From the IMG/VR virus record IMGVR_UViG_3300021387_000147: DNA of 64,000 nt; one strand, written 5' to 3'. The DNA is from a virus. Its lineage: Duplodnaviria; Caudoviricetes. The notes under the pieces are model-generated. The model searched no databases. It saw only the letters and a program-made list of their open reading frames with translations, and was not told the DNA's origin. The position numbers and the translations under genes were made by a program. Below, piece by piece: positions 10,301 to 19,554 of this stretch. Each line of letters starts with the position of its first letter. The first letter of the stretch is position 1.

Positions 10301-12078
10301 CTACTTACATCTTCATCCCATCTTAAAACGTCTGCTGCAGATGCAATACTATTACCAGATAAAACTGCTGCAGAAGATGATACTTGATCTTCTGAAAATT
10401 GTCTATGAACTATATCATCTATATCTTGATGATATATGTTTTGCCAATTCCATAAATCAGTTCTTAAATCAATTAAAGGTGAATTTTCTGCTATATTTGA
10501 AGTTGCAGAAGACATAAAAATTGTACGAGAACATTTATCATCATCGTTTGGTGAAATATAAGAATTACATCCTACAATTTTACCACCTGCTGATTTACCT
10601 ACTAAACCACCACAGAAACCTACGAAAGTTCCTTCAAATACTGCTTTAGCTTTTGATTCACAATTTTGAATTGTACCTTTATTCCATCCACAGAATGGTG
10701 AAATATAATATGCAGAACGAGCAAATTGATGTAATTTAACAGGTTGATTTACCCAATTACATGTTCTTGTATGACATATTTGATGTGTATTTCTTAAACT
10801 TGTATTATCTTTATCTAAACAGTTATATCCAAAATGATCATCAAATACACTTGCATAACCTAATGATTTTGCTGTTTCTAATGTATTATTGTAATCCATT
10901 ATGAATTCATTACCATAACCATAAGCACTTGCAGGAATACCAGCAACAGGTGGTTTATCACCTCTATCACCAACTAATATAGTTCCATTCCAATCAGTAT
11001 TTTTATCATTTACTTCATCTAACCAAAAGTTTTTTGTTGTTTCACTACCAGATGTGACTGCTATAACACCTTCATTGAAATAACCAACATAAGGAATTAT
11101 ATTACCTGGTGAGTTAATACAGAAATAGTTAGGATAAAATTCATTATCTTTAGAACTTACAACTGGTTCATTTTGATTTTCAGTTTTATTTTGTACCATA
11201 TAAACTTGTGGTACAAATCCTTTAAATAATACTTTAGGTATATAATTTTGTGTTTTTTTAGATGTTGAAGAATAACGACATTCTTCAATTAAACCTTTAT
11301 TACATGCACAAATAGCACCAAAATATACATCGGTACCTTGATTCTTAATATGTGTTAAATTAATCTTCTTTGTACATTCTACTTCCATATCGCCAAAGAT
11401 ATTAACACCATATATTCTTCCAAAATGGCCTAAATAACCAACTATACCACCTACATCTTGTGATACATTGAAAATTAAATTTTGAAATACATAACCATTA
11501 CCAAATAATAAACCTTCAAATGGTCTATCTGGATAACGACCAATTACAAAATCAATTTTTGTTTTTGCATTTTCTTCGCCAATATCATCACCTAATACAA
11601 TGGCAATATGATTATTAAAATTGTCACCTCTTTCACCATCATCATTATCACCATTTACTCTATTAGCGCACCATTTTAATTCTTCTTTTGTTTTAATATA
11701 ATAGAAACCACCATAATTTGAAAAGATACCATTATTAAAAAAGATACCAGCTAAATCACGTTCGTTTGAATTATTTTTTATAAAATCAGAAAAATTATCT
11801 TGAGTAATATATGCAGGTTTATTTGAATACTTTACTTCTACTAACTTTGAATATGCATATTCAATTTTATAAAGTTCAGCAATATTTTTACTATAATCAC
11901 CATTTAAATATGTTTCAATAGATTGTTTAGTCTTAAACTGTTCAGGCTTGATATTCTCTCCAGATAGATTTTCAATAAAATCTTTCTTAACTGGCTGGAA
12001 GAACCACTTCGTGCCATTGTTTTCTACTTCACCGTTTAAGAATCTCTTTTTAAATTCGTTAAAAATAAATGAACTCAT
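7300..12078 (-). CDS. large putative virion appendage/fibre protein (1592 aa) with GLUG-like motifs
   Basis: Asn/Ser/Tyr-rich; VGGIVG, CGGLVG, VGGLIG, FGGLAA motifs; located in the neck-gene operon. Confidence 0.55.
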   Translation of the reverse strand: MSSFIFNEFKKRFLNGEVENNGTKWFFQPVKKDFIENLSGENIKPEQFKTKQSIETYLNGDYSKNIAELYKIEYAYSKLVEVKYSNKPAYITQDNFSDFIKNNSNERDLAGIFFNNGIFSNYGGFYYIKTKEELKWCANRVNGDNDDGERGDNFNNHIAIVLGDDIGEENAKTKIDFVIGRYPDRPFEGLLFGNGYVFQNLIFNVSQDVGGIVGYLGHFGRIYGVNIFGDMEVECTKKINLTHIKNQGTDVYFGAICACNKGLIEECRYSSTSKKTQNYIPKVLFKGFVPQVYMVQNKTENQNEPVVSSKDNEFYPNYFCINSPGNIIPYVGYFNEGVIAVTSGSETTKNFWLDEVNDKNTDWNGTILVGDRGDKPPVAGIPASAYGYGNEFIMDYNNTLETAKSLGYASVFDDHFGYNCLDKDNTSLRNTHQICHTRTCNWVNQPVKLHQFARSAYYISPFCGWNKGTIQNCESKAKAVFEGTFVGFCGGLVGKSAGGKIVGCNSYISPNDDDKCSRTIFMSSATSNIAENSPLIDLRTDLWNWQNIYHQDIDDIVHRQFSEDQVSSSAAVLSGNSIASAADVLRWDEDVSRVNHYHDNAGISQCPWHKSTQGIMLQFDGLSATSSYSKTVTYTFDSSVYNSNTSETSPGGNSALNIYNAAMKTGNYTSGAGYTLVEGNAIIGGVSKIHTRSRIHKDYYDQFTYDNNTKKVYDDNVPSAKSCWFPLVKKSEQDASVWTDFKYDPDTNCYVIKNAQFDLGCGYTILPNNYYLTSGNNDSKKFDNFIVDQVYPDFYDASNNYLVRTQKDSKYNHPIQTTGKSYLNNTWSATYNENYNVKIDRLNASKGNFTCGIEFDQNATFSDTFYDNSVDFVSAGTIVKPTITIDEIYLTPFTNDAKNENIKKFINNETEYIEGFPLAITKIKGVHIKNRYSHITPKTSNDTKTVITITDYELYIKDFGVYGTVYSRVNLNTQFPSISQSKISRDIIFYDWAYNYQRQGREPVFIGNCALPYNDIFDLNDDTYIDPFSSVKKPQYLLNVRVGAIGESFRTELQSIYNVGGLIGSMAFAPQVTEIYNTSAFLDNHISEGVIVSANPDKTATQYIFNNAKSKNYSFMNRFGGLAAICEFNTSNIGDDAPRPLVCNNVNLHYEEDSGVQKPWDKVDTSENSAYYAKRDFYGPIQLNGGASECPFGVGSPIVAEIKPTYNMFPGINSYINTWSGTNNKSDNASEAWGYCYYGNFSNDLGLMYNDFNLGINTLDLNVDTPIKNMNIDNNEGNADSTGYKYGWLPGMRKPNGDDLGGLPFLAQSLFRGINIKQNYYGYFQNNQFVQGPGYRRFANALSTVHYPAAICRDLSLNMSHIHVHRGTGKNNYDYYSDQYQTSKHESTYSYFGSDLKIYTDESGKKVDNDLYISYQDDWSVCSTNGPDLTNAKLPNYPLTLFKRNNEVDQYFTYTYSAISDINDNGEPAKLGEYSYNVKFAMADNGKIGYWLEDPIAGISGDNFVYNHNIMHLGLTKSPEQIRKEIMEKGICYTSAISGEDFAGLYVYDKDGNNVMYIDTSVGDCDGLSTWSMQLDSGKVDNKQMGCVLEIK

Positions 12079-12079
12079 A

Positions 12080-13699
12080 TTACCACTTTACTGCATAATC
12101 AGGTTTCTTTTCTTCTGTAATTTCTACAGCCACATCTTCTGTAGATAATGTCATACTTAGTTTATCTGATGTTGATTTATTTATCTGAGGATTTAATGTT
12201 TTATCTAATGATGTTTCATATAATGTTTGAATATCACCAGATGGTAATTCATCATTTGTATTTATATTATCACCGAACTTCAACCAATGTTGTGCACATG
12301 TTTTATTCAATCCATCGCCAAAGAATTCCTTACATATATCATTTAAGAAATTTACAGGTGCTGTATCAAAACCATTACCATGATCACCAAATAATTGCAT
12401 TACTCCACCATAAACTAACATAGTTGCTAATGCTAATTCACCTGTTGCTGTTCTAAATATACCAGGATTTCCAGTAGACATACCTTGTCTAACTGCTGCT
12501 CTATCTTTTGCAACTTCAAAAGATGATCGATCTAAATCTTCCCAATTTGCTGGATAATATGCATACAAAGGTTTACCAAGTCTTCTACATTGAAAACTTG
12601 TTTTATCATAGATAGAATAATTTTTATTTGATTCTAATATAATAGCATGTAAAATTGAAACTGGTGATTGATACCAAGATTCTCCTTTTAATGTTGCTTT
12701 TTGTGCTTTTGAATATACTGTCACATTTGGATCATAAGAAAAATACCATTGTGGATTTCCATATCCTGTTAAATCTTGTGCAGAATTATAATTATAAACA
12801 CCTCTATGTTTTGTTATATTACCATTAATACTCATTACTGTAGCAGTAATATAATTTTGCATAATAGCAACTTCTTTATATGCTCCATCCATTTGATATG
12901 AATTTAATGGTACAAATGCATCAACACCATTCCATACACATAATTGTAATGCAGTTTCACCTATATCTTTAAGATATGATAATTCATTATGTGGAACGAA
13001 ATGATTATTTTCCCAAACAACAGATGATCTATAACCAGGAGCAGACGTTGTTTCTTCAACACTATATAAACATGCAGATGATGAAAAATTTTTCATAGCT
13101 GTTGCTGCTATAAAATTTCCACTTGTCCATTTAGATGTATTAGATGTAATATAATCATAAACTGATTGTTTATAATCATTAATAAATTTCTTTTCATCAT
13201 TATATTCATGATATTCTGCTATATCACCAAATTTACCATCATTTGCAGTAAATGTATACTTAAAAGTATAATTATAATAACTTCCTGGACCAGAAGCAGC
13301 TCCACCAGAACCAGTTAATCTTACAGTCCATTGAATACCATCTATAGTTAATGGACATCCTGCCCATACTCTATATGTACACCAATTTTTTAATTCTTCA
13401 ACCCAAAAATATTTACTTTGTGTTGGATCTGATTTTTCTGTACTACCAATTTTTAAATAACCATTATCATTTGGACTACTACAATATTCTGTTTTATTTT
13501 GCCAATTATAAGGTTCTACATATTCACCATTAGCAATCTTTTCTGCTAATGTTTCTTTTACATCTTCTATTGTTTCACTATTATAAGAAACTTTATCTAA
13601 ACCAAAATCAATTACTTTACTACTATTATGAATACTATTCTGTGTAGTTATTGTTTGATTTCGTTTAGTAGCTTCAACTGTTTTAAAATATCCTATCAT
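12080..13699 (-). CDS. putative virion structural protein
   Basis: 539-aa ORF directly behind the late promoter TATAAATA. Confidence 0.5.
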   Translation of the reverse strand: MIGYFKTVEATKRNQTITTQNSIHNSSKVIDFGLDKVSYNSETIEDVKETLAEKIANGEYVEPYNWQNKTEYCSSPNDNGYLKIGSTEKSDPTQSKYFWVEELKNWCTYRVWAGCPLTIDGIQWTVRLTGSGGAASGPGSYYNYTFKYTFTANDGKFGDIAEYHEYNDEKKFINDYKQSVYDYITSNTSKWTSGNFIAATAMKNFSSSACLYSVEETTSAPGYRSSVVWENNHFVPHNELSYLKDIGETALQLCVWNGVDAFVPLNSYQMDGAYKEVAIMQNYITATVMSINGNITKHRGVYNYNSAQDLTGYGNPQWYFSYDPNVTVYSKAQKATLKGESWYQSPVSILHAIILESNKNYSIYDKTSFQCRRLGKPLYAYYPANWEDLDRSSFEVAKDRAAVRQGMSTGNPGIFRTATGELALATMLVYGGVMQLFGDHGNGFDTAPVNFLNDICKEFFGDGLNKTCAQHWLKFGDNINTNDELPSGDIQTLYETSLDKTLNPQINKSTSDKLSMTLSTEDVAVEITEEKKPDYAVKW

Positions 13700-13703
13700 A
13701 CTT

Positions 13704-13711
13704 TATTTATA
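13704..13711 (-). promoter_or_regulatory. T4-type late promoter
   Basis: TATAAATA, 4 nt upstream of ATG 13699. Confidence 0.75.
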
Positions 13712-13715
13712 AACA

Positions 13716-13738
13716 AAAAGTGGCCTTATCGGCCACTT
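13716..13738 (-). terminator. rho-independent terminator after neck protein gene
   Basis: AAGTGGCC/GGCCACTT stem followed by a T-run on the minus strand. Confidence 0.7.
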
Positions 13739-13761
13739 CATAAATTCATCTCTTACCAAAA

Positions 13762-14763
13762 TTATGCTATTTCAAAGAATCCTAATGGAGATTCCAATCT
13801 TATCTGTTCTCTACAATCATCCCATTCTTCTTTATAAGATGAATACAAAGAATCAGCATTCAAAGAACCACCGCCTGCAATTGATAAAGTATACTTACGC
13901 AATGCATTAGTCCATATCATACCTGCTCTTGCAACTACCATACGTCTAAAGATTACATCATTAAATAACTTACTTGACTTCTGTCTCTTGTATACTTCCA
14001 TCAATCCTCTTACAGGATGGTCAGGTTGAGGCCATACAGATAATTCCTTTTCTTTCTCATTATATCTTACGGTATATGATTCACCGAAATCCATCTTAGC
14101 CTGTTCCAACCATACAAGTGCAGCATTCCAATGACCTAGAACATCACCAAATCCACCAGCATTACTATAACAAGAACCTGTAAAGGAACTACCCATACTC
14201 ATTACTGTGTTATACAAAGCATTGTGTGGTAGAGTAAACAAATCATTGATTGTTCCCATCCAATCTGAAACTTGGAAATCTACAATAGACTCTAATTCAT
14301 CACAGATTTTATAGTGTGATTTTCCTGGTACTAAGTCCATAACAAGATAATCTCTATAATTACCTTCTCTGAAATAATACTTCCACATGTATTTAACTGT
14401 ATCAGCAATAATGAAATTCAATTGCTGATCTGAAATTTCAATACAAATTACTGGAGCACCTAACATCATCTTAATGTAGTTTCTCATTTGAGCTACATTC
14501 TGAATGTTCATCGCATCCATAAACTCATCCCTAACAGGAGGTTTAAATGGAGGATGTGGAGGTGCAGGTGGATGAGGTGGAATTATATCAGGTTTTGGTC
14601 CTGTTCCTGGCCATGGTCCATCTGCTGGAGGGAATGGTCCTCTTATTTCATTTCCTGGAAGCATACCATCCATTGGAGGATGCATTGGAAACATTCCACC
14701 TGGAGGTGGAGGAGGTTTTGGAAATGGTCCTTTCTTAGTAATTTCTTGTGTTATATTAGCCAT
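13762..14763 (-). CDS. neck protein (T4 gp13-like) with Pro-rich N-terminal extension
   Basis: YIKMMLGAPVICIEISDQQL, W...L.KY....AGG.SLN...LY. Confidence 0.85.
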   Translation of the reverse strand: MANITQEITKKGPFPKPPPPPGGMFPMHPPMDGMLPGNEIRGPFPPADGPWPGTGPKPDIIPPHPPAPPHPPFKPPVRDEFMDAMNIQNVAQMRNYIKMMLGAPVICIEISDQQLNFIIADTVKYMWKYYFREGNYRDYLVMDLVPGKSHYKICDELESIVDFQVSDWMGTINDLFTLPHNALYNTVMSMGSSFTGSCYSNAGGFGDVLGHWNAALVWLEQAKMDFGESYTVRYNEKEKELSVWPQPDHPVRGLMEVYKRQKSSKLFNDVIFRRMVVARAGMIWTNALRKYTLSIAGGGSLNADSLYSSYKEEWDDCREQIRLESPLGFFEIA

Positions 14764-14767
14764 ATAC

Positions 14768-14775
14768 TATTTATA
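14768..14775 (-). promoter_or_regulatory. T4-type late promoter
   Basis: TATAAATA, 4 nt upstream of ATG 14763. Confidence 0.75.
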
Positions 14776-14784
14776 ACACAAAAT

Positions 14785-14809
14785 AAAAAAGATGGTATTA
14801 ACCATCTTT
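14785..14809 (-). terminator. rho-independent terminator ending the early small-gene array
   Basis: AAAGATGGT/ACCATCTTT stem with T-run. Confidence 0.65.
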
Positions 14810-15164
14810 ATTTCTTTTTCTTAGGAGCTCTCTTCCTTTCTGTTGTAATTTTCTTTTGCAACTTCTCATTAGCCTCTTCCATACTCATTGTTTCTAAGGC
14901 TGATTTCTGTATAATTGCTTTAGGCTTATTCTTCTCAATATATTCTTTATCCTCATCATATTCTTGTGGAGTTTCAAATTTTCTCCAATAAGATACTCTG
15001 TAGATATTACCAATCTGTTGAGACATTGCTAAGAAATTCTTTTTACATTTCTCCTTAAATGCTTGTGCTTCCTTTTCTGTAGCAAACTCTCTATAAGTCG
15101 TATCCTCACGAGGGAATGCTAACCACTTTGGAGCATATTTGCTCACATATTCTTTATTTGCCAT
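14808..15164 (-). CDS. basic hypothetical protein
   Basis: 118-aa Lys-rich ORF, translationally coupled (TAATG). Confidence 0.65.
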   Translation of the reverse strand: MANKEYVSKYAPKWLAFPREDTTYREFATEKEAQAFKEKCKKNFLAMSQQIGNIYRVSYWRKFETPQEYDEDKEYIEKNKPKAIIQKSALETMSMEEANEKLQKKITTERKRAPKKKK

Positions 15165-15538
15165 TAGAACTTCTCCTTACAAATGTTTTGAATTTGTCTT
15201 CTTTTAATTTCAGCTTTCAATTTACGAATATAATCAACTATTGATTGTAAACGATTTACAAGCTTCTTAGGTTTTTTGTAATAATTATATCTATCGTCCA
15301 TCAAAATAAAATACTTCATAACTCCTTCAGCATTTCTTTTTTGAGCCATTTTAGGATGATATACCTTACATTCACCATTCGTTTGACATGAAGCAATTAA
15401 CTTATGACGTGCATTATCATTGTCAACATAAATTCCAATAGTCTCATCCCATGGAGCTATAGAAAAAGTAGTAAAACCAAACTTTTCTGCTATTTGTTTA
15501 AATTCCACTTGAGTCATGTATATGCTCCTGTAAAGCAA
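15164..15538 (-). CDS. array protein with shared C-terminal tag (soluble type)
   Basis: N-term FKQIAEKFGF; C-term KRRQIQNICKEKF; real start probably the second Met. Confidence 0.7.
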   Translation of the reverse strand: MLYRSIYMTQVEFKQIAEKFGFTTFSIAPWDETIGIYVDNDNARHKLIASCQTNGECKVYHPKMAQKRNAEGVMKYFILMDDRYNYYKKPKKLVNRLQSIVDYIRKLKAEIKRRQIQNICKEKF

Positions 15539-15986
15539 TATTCTTTATTTGTGCTTTCTTATAATATCTTGTTCTCTTCTTATATAAATCTTCCAAATGG
15601 TCGACCATACTTTTAAAGTTATGATATTGTCTTAATTTCAAATTCTTATAGAAAACATCATATCTCCACAGTTTATGTTTCTTATACCAATGATAAAATT
15701 CTTTATATGTTTTACAATATTTTTTATAAATAAGTATTTTAAAATCATCATCCTCTCTTATGTAGATATATGGAACACTATCAAAAGTTAGAGCAGTCTC
15801 AAAAAAATTAGAACTGATCATATCATCAACATGTGCTAAAGGACATAATTCTTCTAGCTTTAATTTAATTAGATATAAATCATGTTCATTAAAACTTGTT
15901 TCTTCTTTAATTCTATAATCACATTCAAGTCTTATAGCCCAAATAAAAACAAATACAGCAATAGGTAAAACAGCTATTATAAACAT
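15498..15986 (-). CDS. array protein with N-terminal TM helix and shared C-terminal tag
   Basis: Hydrophobic N-terminus; C-term KKAQIKNIALQE. Confidence 0.7.
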   Translation of the reverse strand: MFIIAVLPIAVFVFIWAIRLECDYRIKEETSFNEHDLYLIKLKLEELCPLAHVDDMISSNFFETALTFDSVPYIYIREDDDFKILIYKKYCKTYKEFYHWYKKHKLWRYDVFYKNLKLRQYHNFKSMVDHLEDLYKKRTRYYKKAQIKNIALQEHIHDSSGI

Positions 15987-16327
15987 TATTCATCTTGTCC
16001 TATTGATTTAATTAATCTTAATTTATATTGTTTCTTCCAAAATAATGTGTCTTTTTCAACTCTTTTCAAATGATTTTTAAGTGCTTCTTTTGAAGCCAAT
16101 GTTCTTCCATTACCTCTTGTACAAATGGCGCCCATACAATCTAAACGAATATCATAGCATCCACCTCTTTTAGTTTCAGCATCAAGCCATGCAATCAAAT
16201 TATCTGCAGCTCTTTCATTATTCAAATAGATAGCTACATAATTTGAATATTCACCATCTGTATCATAACCAAATTCTTTAGCTACTTCTATGAATTCTTC
16301 TTTAGTCAATTGTTTCGCCATCTGCAA
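15986..16327 (-). CDS. array protein with shared C-terminal tag (soluble type)
   Basis: FIEVAKEFGY; KLRLIKSIGQDE. Confidence 0.7.
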   Translation of the reverse strand: MQMAKQLTKEEFIEVAKEFGYDTDGEYSNYVAIYLNNERAADNLIAWLDAETKRGGCYDIRLDCMGAICTRGNGRTLASKEALKNHLKRVEKDTLFWKKQYKLRLIKSIGQDE

Positions 16328-16637
16328 TACTCTTAATTTGATTTAATTTTATAATACGTTTATAAATGTGTATTCTTTCTGTGACTTCATCAAGCCAATC
16401 AATAAATTCTTTTTGTGTCTTAACTACTTTTGAATTTTGTTCTGTCTCTATAAGATTGATAGCTCTATAAAATATTGGGTTATGTAATTCTACACCATAA
16501 GAACAACATATCGCTAAACACATTTCATTTGTATAAATGTTATCAATGTGTATACGATAATCTCCCATTGATTCTAATAAAGGATTTAATTCAAATCCAT
16601 ATTGTTTAGCTATATTTTTAAAATCTGAGGCTTTCAT
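16302..16637 (-). CDS. array protein with shared C-terminal tag (soluble type)
   Basis: FKNIAKQYGF; KLNQIKSIADGE. Confidence 0.7.
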   Translation of the reverse strand: MKASDFKNIAKQYGFELNPLLESMGDYRIHIDNIYTNEMCLAICCSYGVELHNPIFYRAINLIETEQNSKVVKTQKEFIDWLDEVTERIHIYKRIIKLNQIKSIADGETID

Positions 16638-17110
16638 ACATCTTCCTTACATATATTCTTAATAGCTTCAAGTTTCTTTAACTTATTAAGTTTAGTTTCA
16701 AATGTAGGAACTTGTTTAATAAATTCTTCTAATGTTCGAATACGTGCAAATTCTTTTTGCTTCCATAGTGGATATTCATCAACCTTAACAATAAAGAAAT
16801 ACTTATCTTTAGATTTATGATATTTTAACCATTCTTTATATGTTTTAAAATTGTTCTTGTATAACATACAAAAGAAACGAGTATCATTTAGTCCATAACC
16901 ATGATTTAATCTAGAAATTGTAAAATAATCTTTGCCTTTACAACTTACTTCTAAACCACATCTACGAATAGACCTATCAATCATTGCAACAATCTTTGTA
17001 CCTTCTTCATCACTAACAGTAATTGGCATTGACATTAAACGTAAGCGTCCTAAAAGATAACTTACATAAAAAATTGCCATAATACCAAATATAATTGCTA
17101 AAGGTTCCAT
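16634..17110 (-). CDS. array protein with N-terminal TM helix and shared C-terminal tag
   Basis: Hydrophobic N-terminus; KLEAIKNICKEDV. Confidence 0.7.
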   Translation of the reverse strand: MEPLAIIFGIMAIFYVSYLLGRLRLMSMPITVSDEEGTKIVAMIDRSIRRCGLEVSCKGKDYFTISRLNHGYGLNDTRFFCMLYKNNFKTYKEWLKYHKSKDKYFFIVKVDEYPLWKQKEFARIRTLEEFIKQVPTFETKLNKLKKLEAIKNICKEDV

Positions 17111-17595
17111 TAGTCTTCCTCTTTACAAATACTTTGAATTTTCATTAATTTTTCTTTTCTAACTGCAAGCTTCATTTGATTTGGTATATCATTAAACATT
17201 TGATAAAAATCATCATACTTAGCAACAGGATTCAAATATTGAAATGCTCTTGCTTCAAATACATACGATAAACTAAATCTCAAATCTGGCATTTTTCTTT
17301 TCTTTAAGAAATCAAAAAAACTTGTATAAGTCAATCTATCAAAAGTATAATATAATTTATCTTCAATATAAAACGCATCTTTATATATTGCAAAGTTCAT
17401 TTCATATCCATATTTAGTTTCTACTTTCTTTTTAATTGTATCAAAAAGAAATTTCCTTGTTTGTTGGTCAAAATATGGTAGCTCATCCTTAATAAGATTA
17501 TAATGAATTACTTGGTATATCATCCAAAGAACGCATAACGTTAATGCGGTCATCAAAATAAAAGCTACACCTATACCAATAATCGGAACTAACAT
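17110..17595 (-). CDS. array protein with N-terminal TM helix and shared C-terminal tag
   Basis: Hydrophobic N-terminus; KLMKIQSICKEED. Confidence 0.7.
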   Translation of the reverse strand: MLVPIIGIGVAFILMTALTLCVLWMIYQVIHYNLIKDELPYFDQQTRKFLFDTIKKKVETKYGYEMNFAIYKDAFYIEDKLYYTFDRLTYTSFFDFLKKRKMPDLRFSLSYVFEARAFQYLNPVAKYDDFYQMFNDIPNQMKLAVRKEKLMKIQSICKEED

Positions 17596-18062
17596 ATATC
17601 CTTTTCTTTACAAATACTTTCAATCAATAATTTCTTATAAATTTTCTTTCTATCTCTAATAAGTCTTGGAAATTCTTTTTCAAGCTTAAGAATATCAGTG
17701 TACACTTCAAATAATGTTTCATCAGGATATGGACCAGATATGTATTCATTATACGGCATATAAAAAACTGAATAGTAAATATTGGATTTATGCTTAAGAA
17801 AATGATCTTTAAAAGAGTAAGGGTTTTTCTTAAGATAAATAGCCATCTCACCAATTTCTACTTCCTTATAAGACCATCTACTATAGAATGGACCATATTT
17901 AACCATATTATACTTTTGATACAGTCCATGCATGTGCAAATAAAACCAATGCCATTCCTTTTCTGTAATATGATTTTTATCATCTTTATAATACTTCCAA
18001 ACCATACACAGTACACCGCATATAGCAAGAAAATATAATGGTGCAAGCATAACATTAATCAT
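17589..18062 (-). CDS. array protein with N-terminal TM helix and shared C-terminal tag
   Basis: Hydrophobic N-terminus; KKLLIESICKEKD. Confidence 0.7.
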   Translation of the reverse strand: MINVMLAPLYFLAICGVLCMVWKYYKDDKNHITEKEWHWFYLHMHGLYQKYNMVKYGPFYSRWSYKEVEIGEMAIYLKKNPYSFKDHFLKHKSNIYYSVFYMPYNEYISGPYPDETLFEVYTDILKLEKEFPRLIRDRKKIYKKLLIESICKEKDIC

Positions 18063-18408
18063 CTTTACAAATACTCTCTATTTGAAATTTCTTAATATCT
18101 TTCTTAATAAATTTTACCAATCTTAAATACAATTCTAAATTCTTTTCAAATTCAGATTCATCTTCAGAATCAAAATACGTTGAAGAGCAACCAGTATCAA
18201 TTGCTCCATTTGTATAAATTTCAATAGCATTCTTTAATTTAATCTGATTACAATTAGTGTTTAATTGCGTAATAACTCTATGATGATCTTCAGGTAAAGA
18301 AAAACAAATAAAATGTTTTCCACCAATAATCTGTTTACCAACTTCCTCTTCAGTCAGTTGTTCCAAACCATGTTTCTTACAGATCTCAATAAATTTTTCT
18401 TCACTCAT
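18055..18408 (-). CDS. array protein with shared C-terminal tag (soluble type)
   Basis: FIEICKKHGL; KKFQIESICKDD. Confidence 0.7.
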   Translation of the reverse strand: MSEEKFIEICKKHGLEQLTEEEVGKQIIGGKHFICFSLPEDHHRVITQLNTNCNQIKLKNAIEIYTNGAIDTGCSSTYFDSEDESEFEKNLELYLRLVKFIKKDIKKFQIESICKDD

Positions 18409-18833
18409 ACTGGATCCTTACAAATGTTTCTAATACGACGGAGCTTTTCAGTTATATTAAAAAGCTTAACTTCCTTTGTAATGCTTAACAATTCATCTTT
18501 CAAAATTGCAGGGTCAGTAACAGTAATTCCATTTATTGCAGTTGACAAATAACATTGACCATCGTAATTAACAATTTTTATTTTGTTATAGAGAACACAT
18601 TCGAATAAAGCATTTCTTAAATGCTTTTTATTATAATCAATAGTGAAGACAATTACAATATTTGCTTCAGATGCAGTAGTATATGTCGGTGTATTTAAAG
18701 AAACTACATACTTTTTGCTTAAACTTTTAGTAGTGTCACATTTATCAAAAAGATCTGGCTCATAACCACATTCATGACAAATGTTCAAAAACTTTTCTTC
18801 ATTTAATGTATCTTCTTTAACGTGAGAAAACAT
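18405..18833 (-). CDS. array protein with shared C-terminal tag (soluble type)
   Basis: FLNICHECGY; KLRRIRNICKDPV. Confidence 0.7.
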   Translation of the reverse strand: MFSHVKEDTLNEEKFLNICHECGYEPDLFDKCDTTKSLSKKYVVSLNTPTYTTASEANIVIVFTIDYNKKHLRNALFECVLYNKIKIVNYDGQCYLSTAINGITVTDPAILKDELLSITKEVKLFNITEKLRRIRNICKDPV

Positions 18834-18834
18834 A

Positions 18835-19554
18835 TTATTCCTTACAAATGTGTTTAATTTCGTAGAGCTTTCTTAAGCGAGCAAACTTCTGTTGTAATTC
18901 ATTATTCTTTTGAATTTGCTTTTCAATTTCTTCGTATGCCTTCTTAAATCCATCTACATTCAAACAGTTATCAGTAAACTTAACTGGATATTCTGCGATA
19001 TATTCCTTTGTTGTAGGAAATGCTATTTGATATGCATATTTTTCATTACCTTCATAGAAATAAAGAATACGCAATTTCTGCAAAGTCAGTGTCAATGTAT
19101 GCACAACTTTGTTTGTATACTTTCTTGTCACTGCATCTTTAACAGTTTCAATCGCAGACGTATACTTGATAAATGGATGCTGTGCTTGATGAGCCCAAGG
19201 TTCATTACAATAATGATAAATGAAAGATGTGCCATCACAATTATGATTGAAAAAACTATTGCGCCATAAATCTTCAAGCGTATACTTTTCAAGATAATCA
19301 TCATCTTTAAGTGCATCCATCATGTTAATAGTATATTTCTTTTGAATACCCATAAATGCACCATTTGACCAATTAGCACAGATCTTATTTTCACTTGGAT
19401 GTGCAGTAGAACGTGCCAACTCAGTTCGCACATAAATCTTCAAACATTCAATCATCGCTTGTTTCAATGCATCAGTCATATTCTTTCTATCCTCAATATC
19501 TTGCACAACCTTATTAAACTGTTCAGATACTGACTTCATAAGCAATTCTGTCAT
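18835..19554 (-). CDS. array protein with shared C-terminal tag
   Basis: 239 aa; KLYEIKHICKE. Confidence 0.7.
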   Translation of the reverse strand: MTELLMKSVSEQFNKVVQDIEDRKNMTDALKQAMIECLKIYVRTELARSTAHPSENKICANWSNGAFMGIQKKYTINMMDALKDDDYLEKYTLEDLWRNSFFNHNCDGTSFIYHYCNEPWAHQAQHPFIKYTSAIETVKDAVTRKYTNKVVHTLTLTLQKLRILYFYEGNEKYAYQIAFPTTKEYIAEYPVKFTDNCLNVDGFKKAYEEIEKQIQKNNELQQKFARLRKLYEIKHICKE

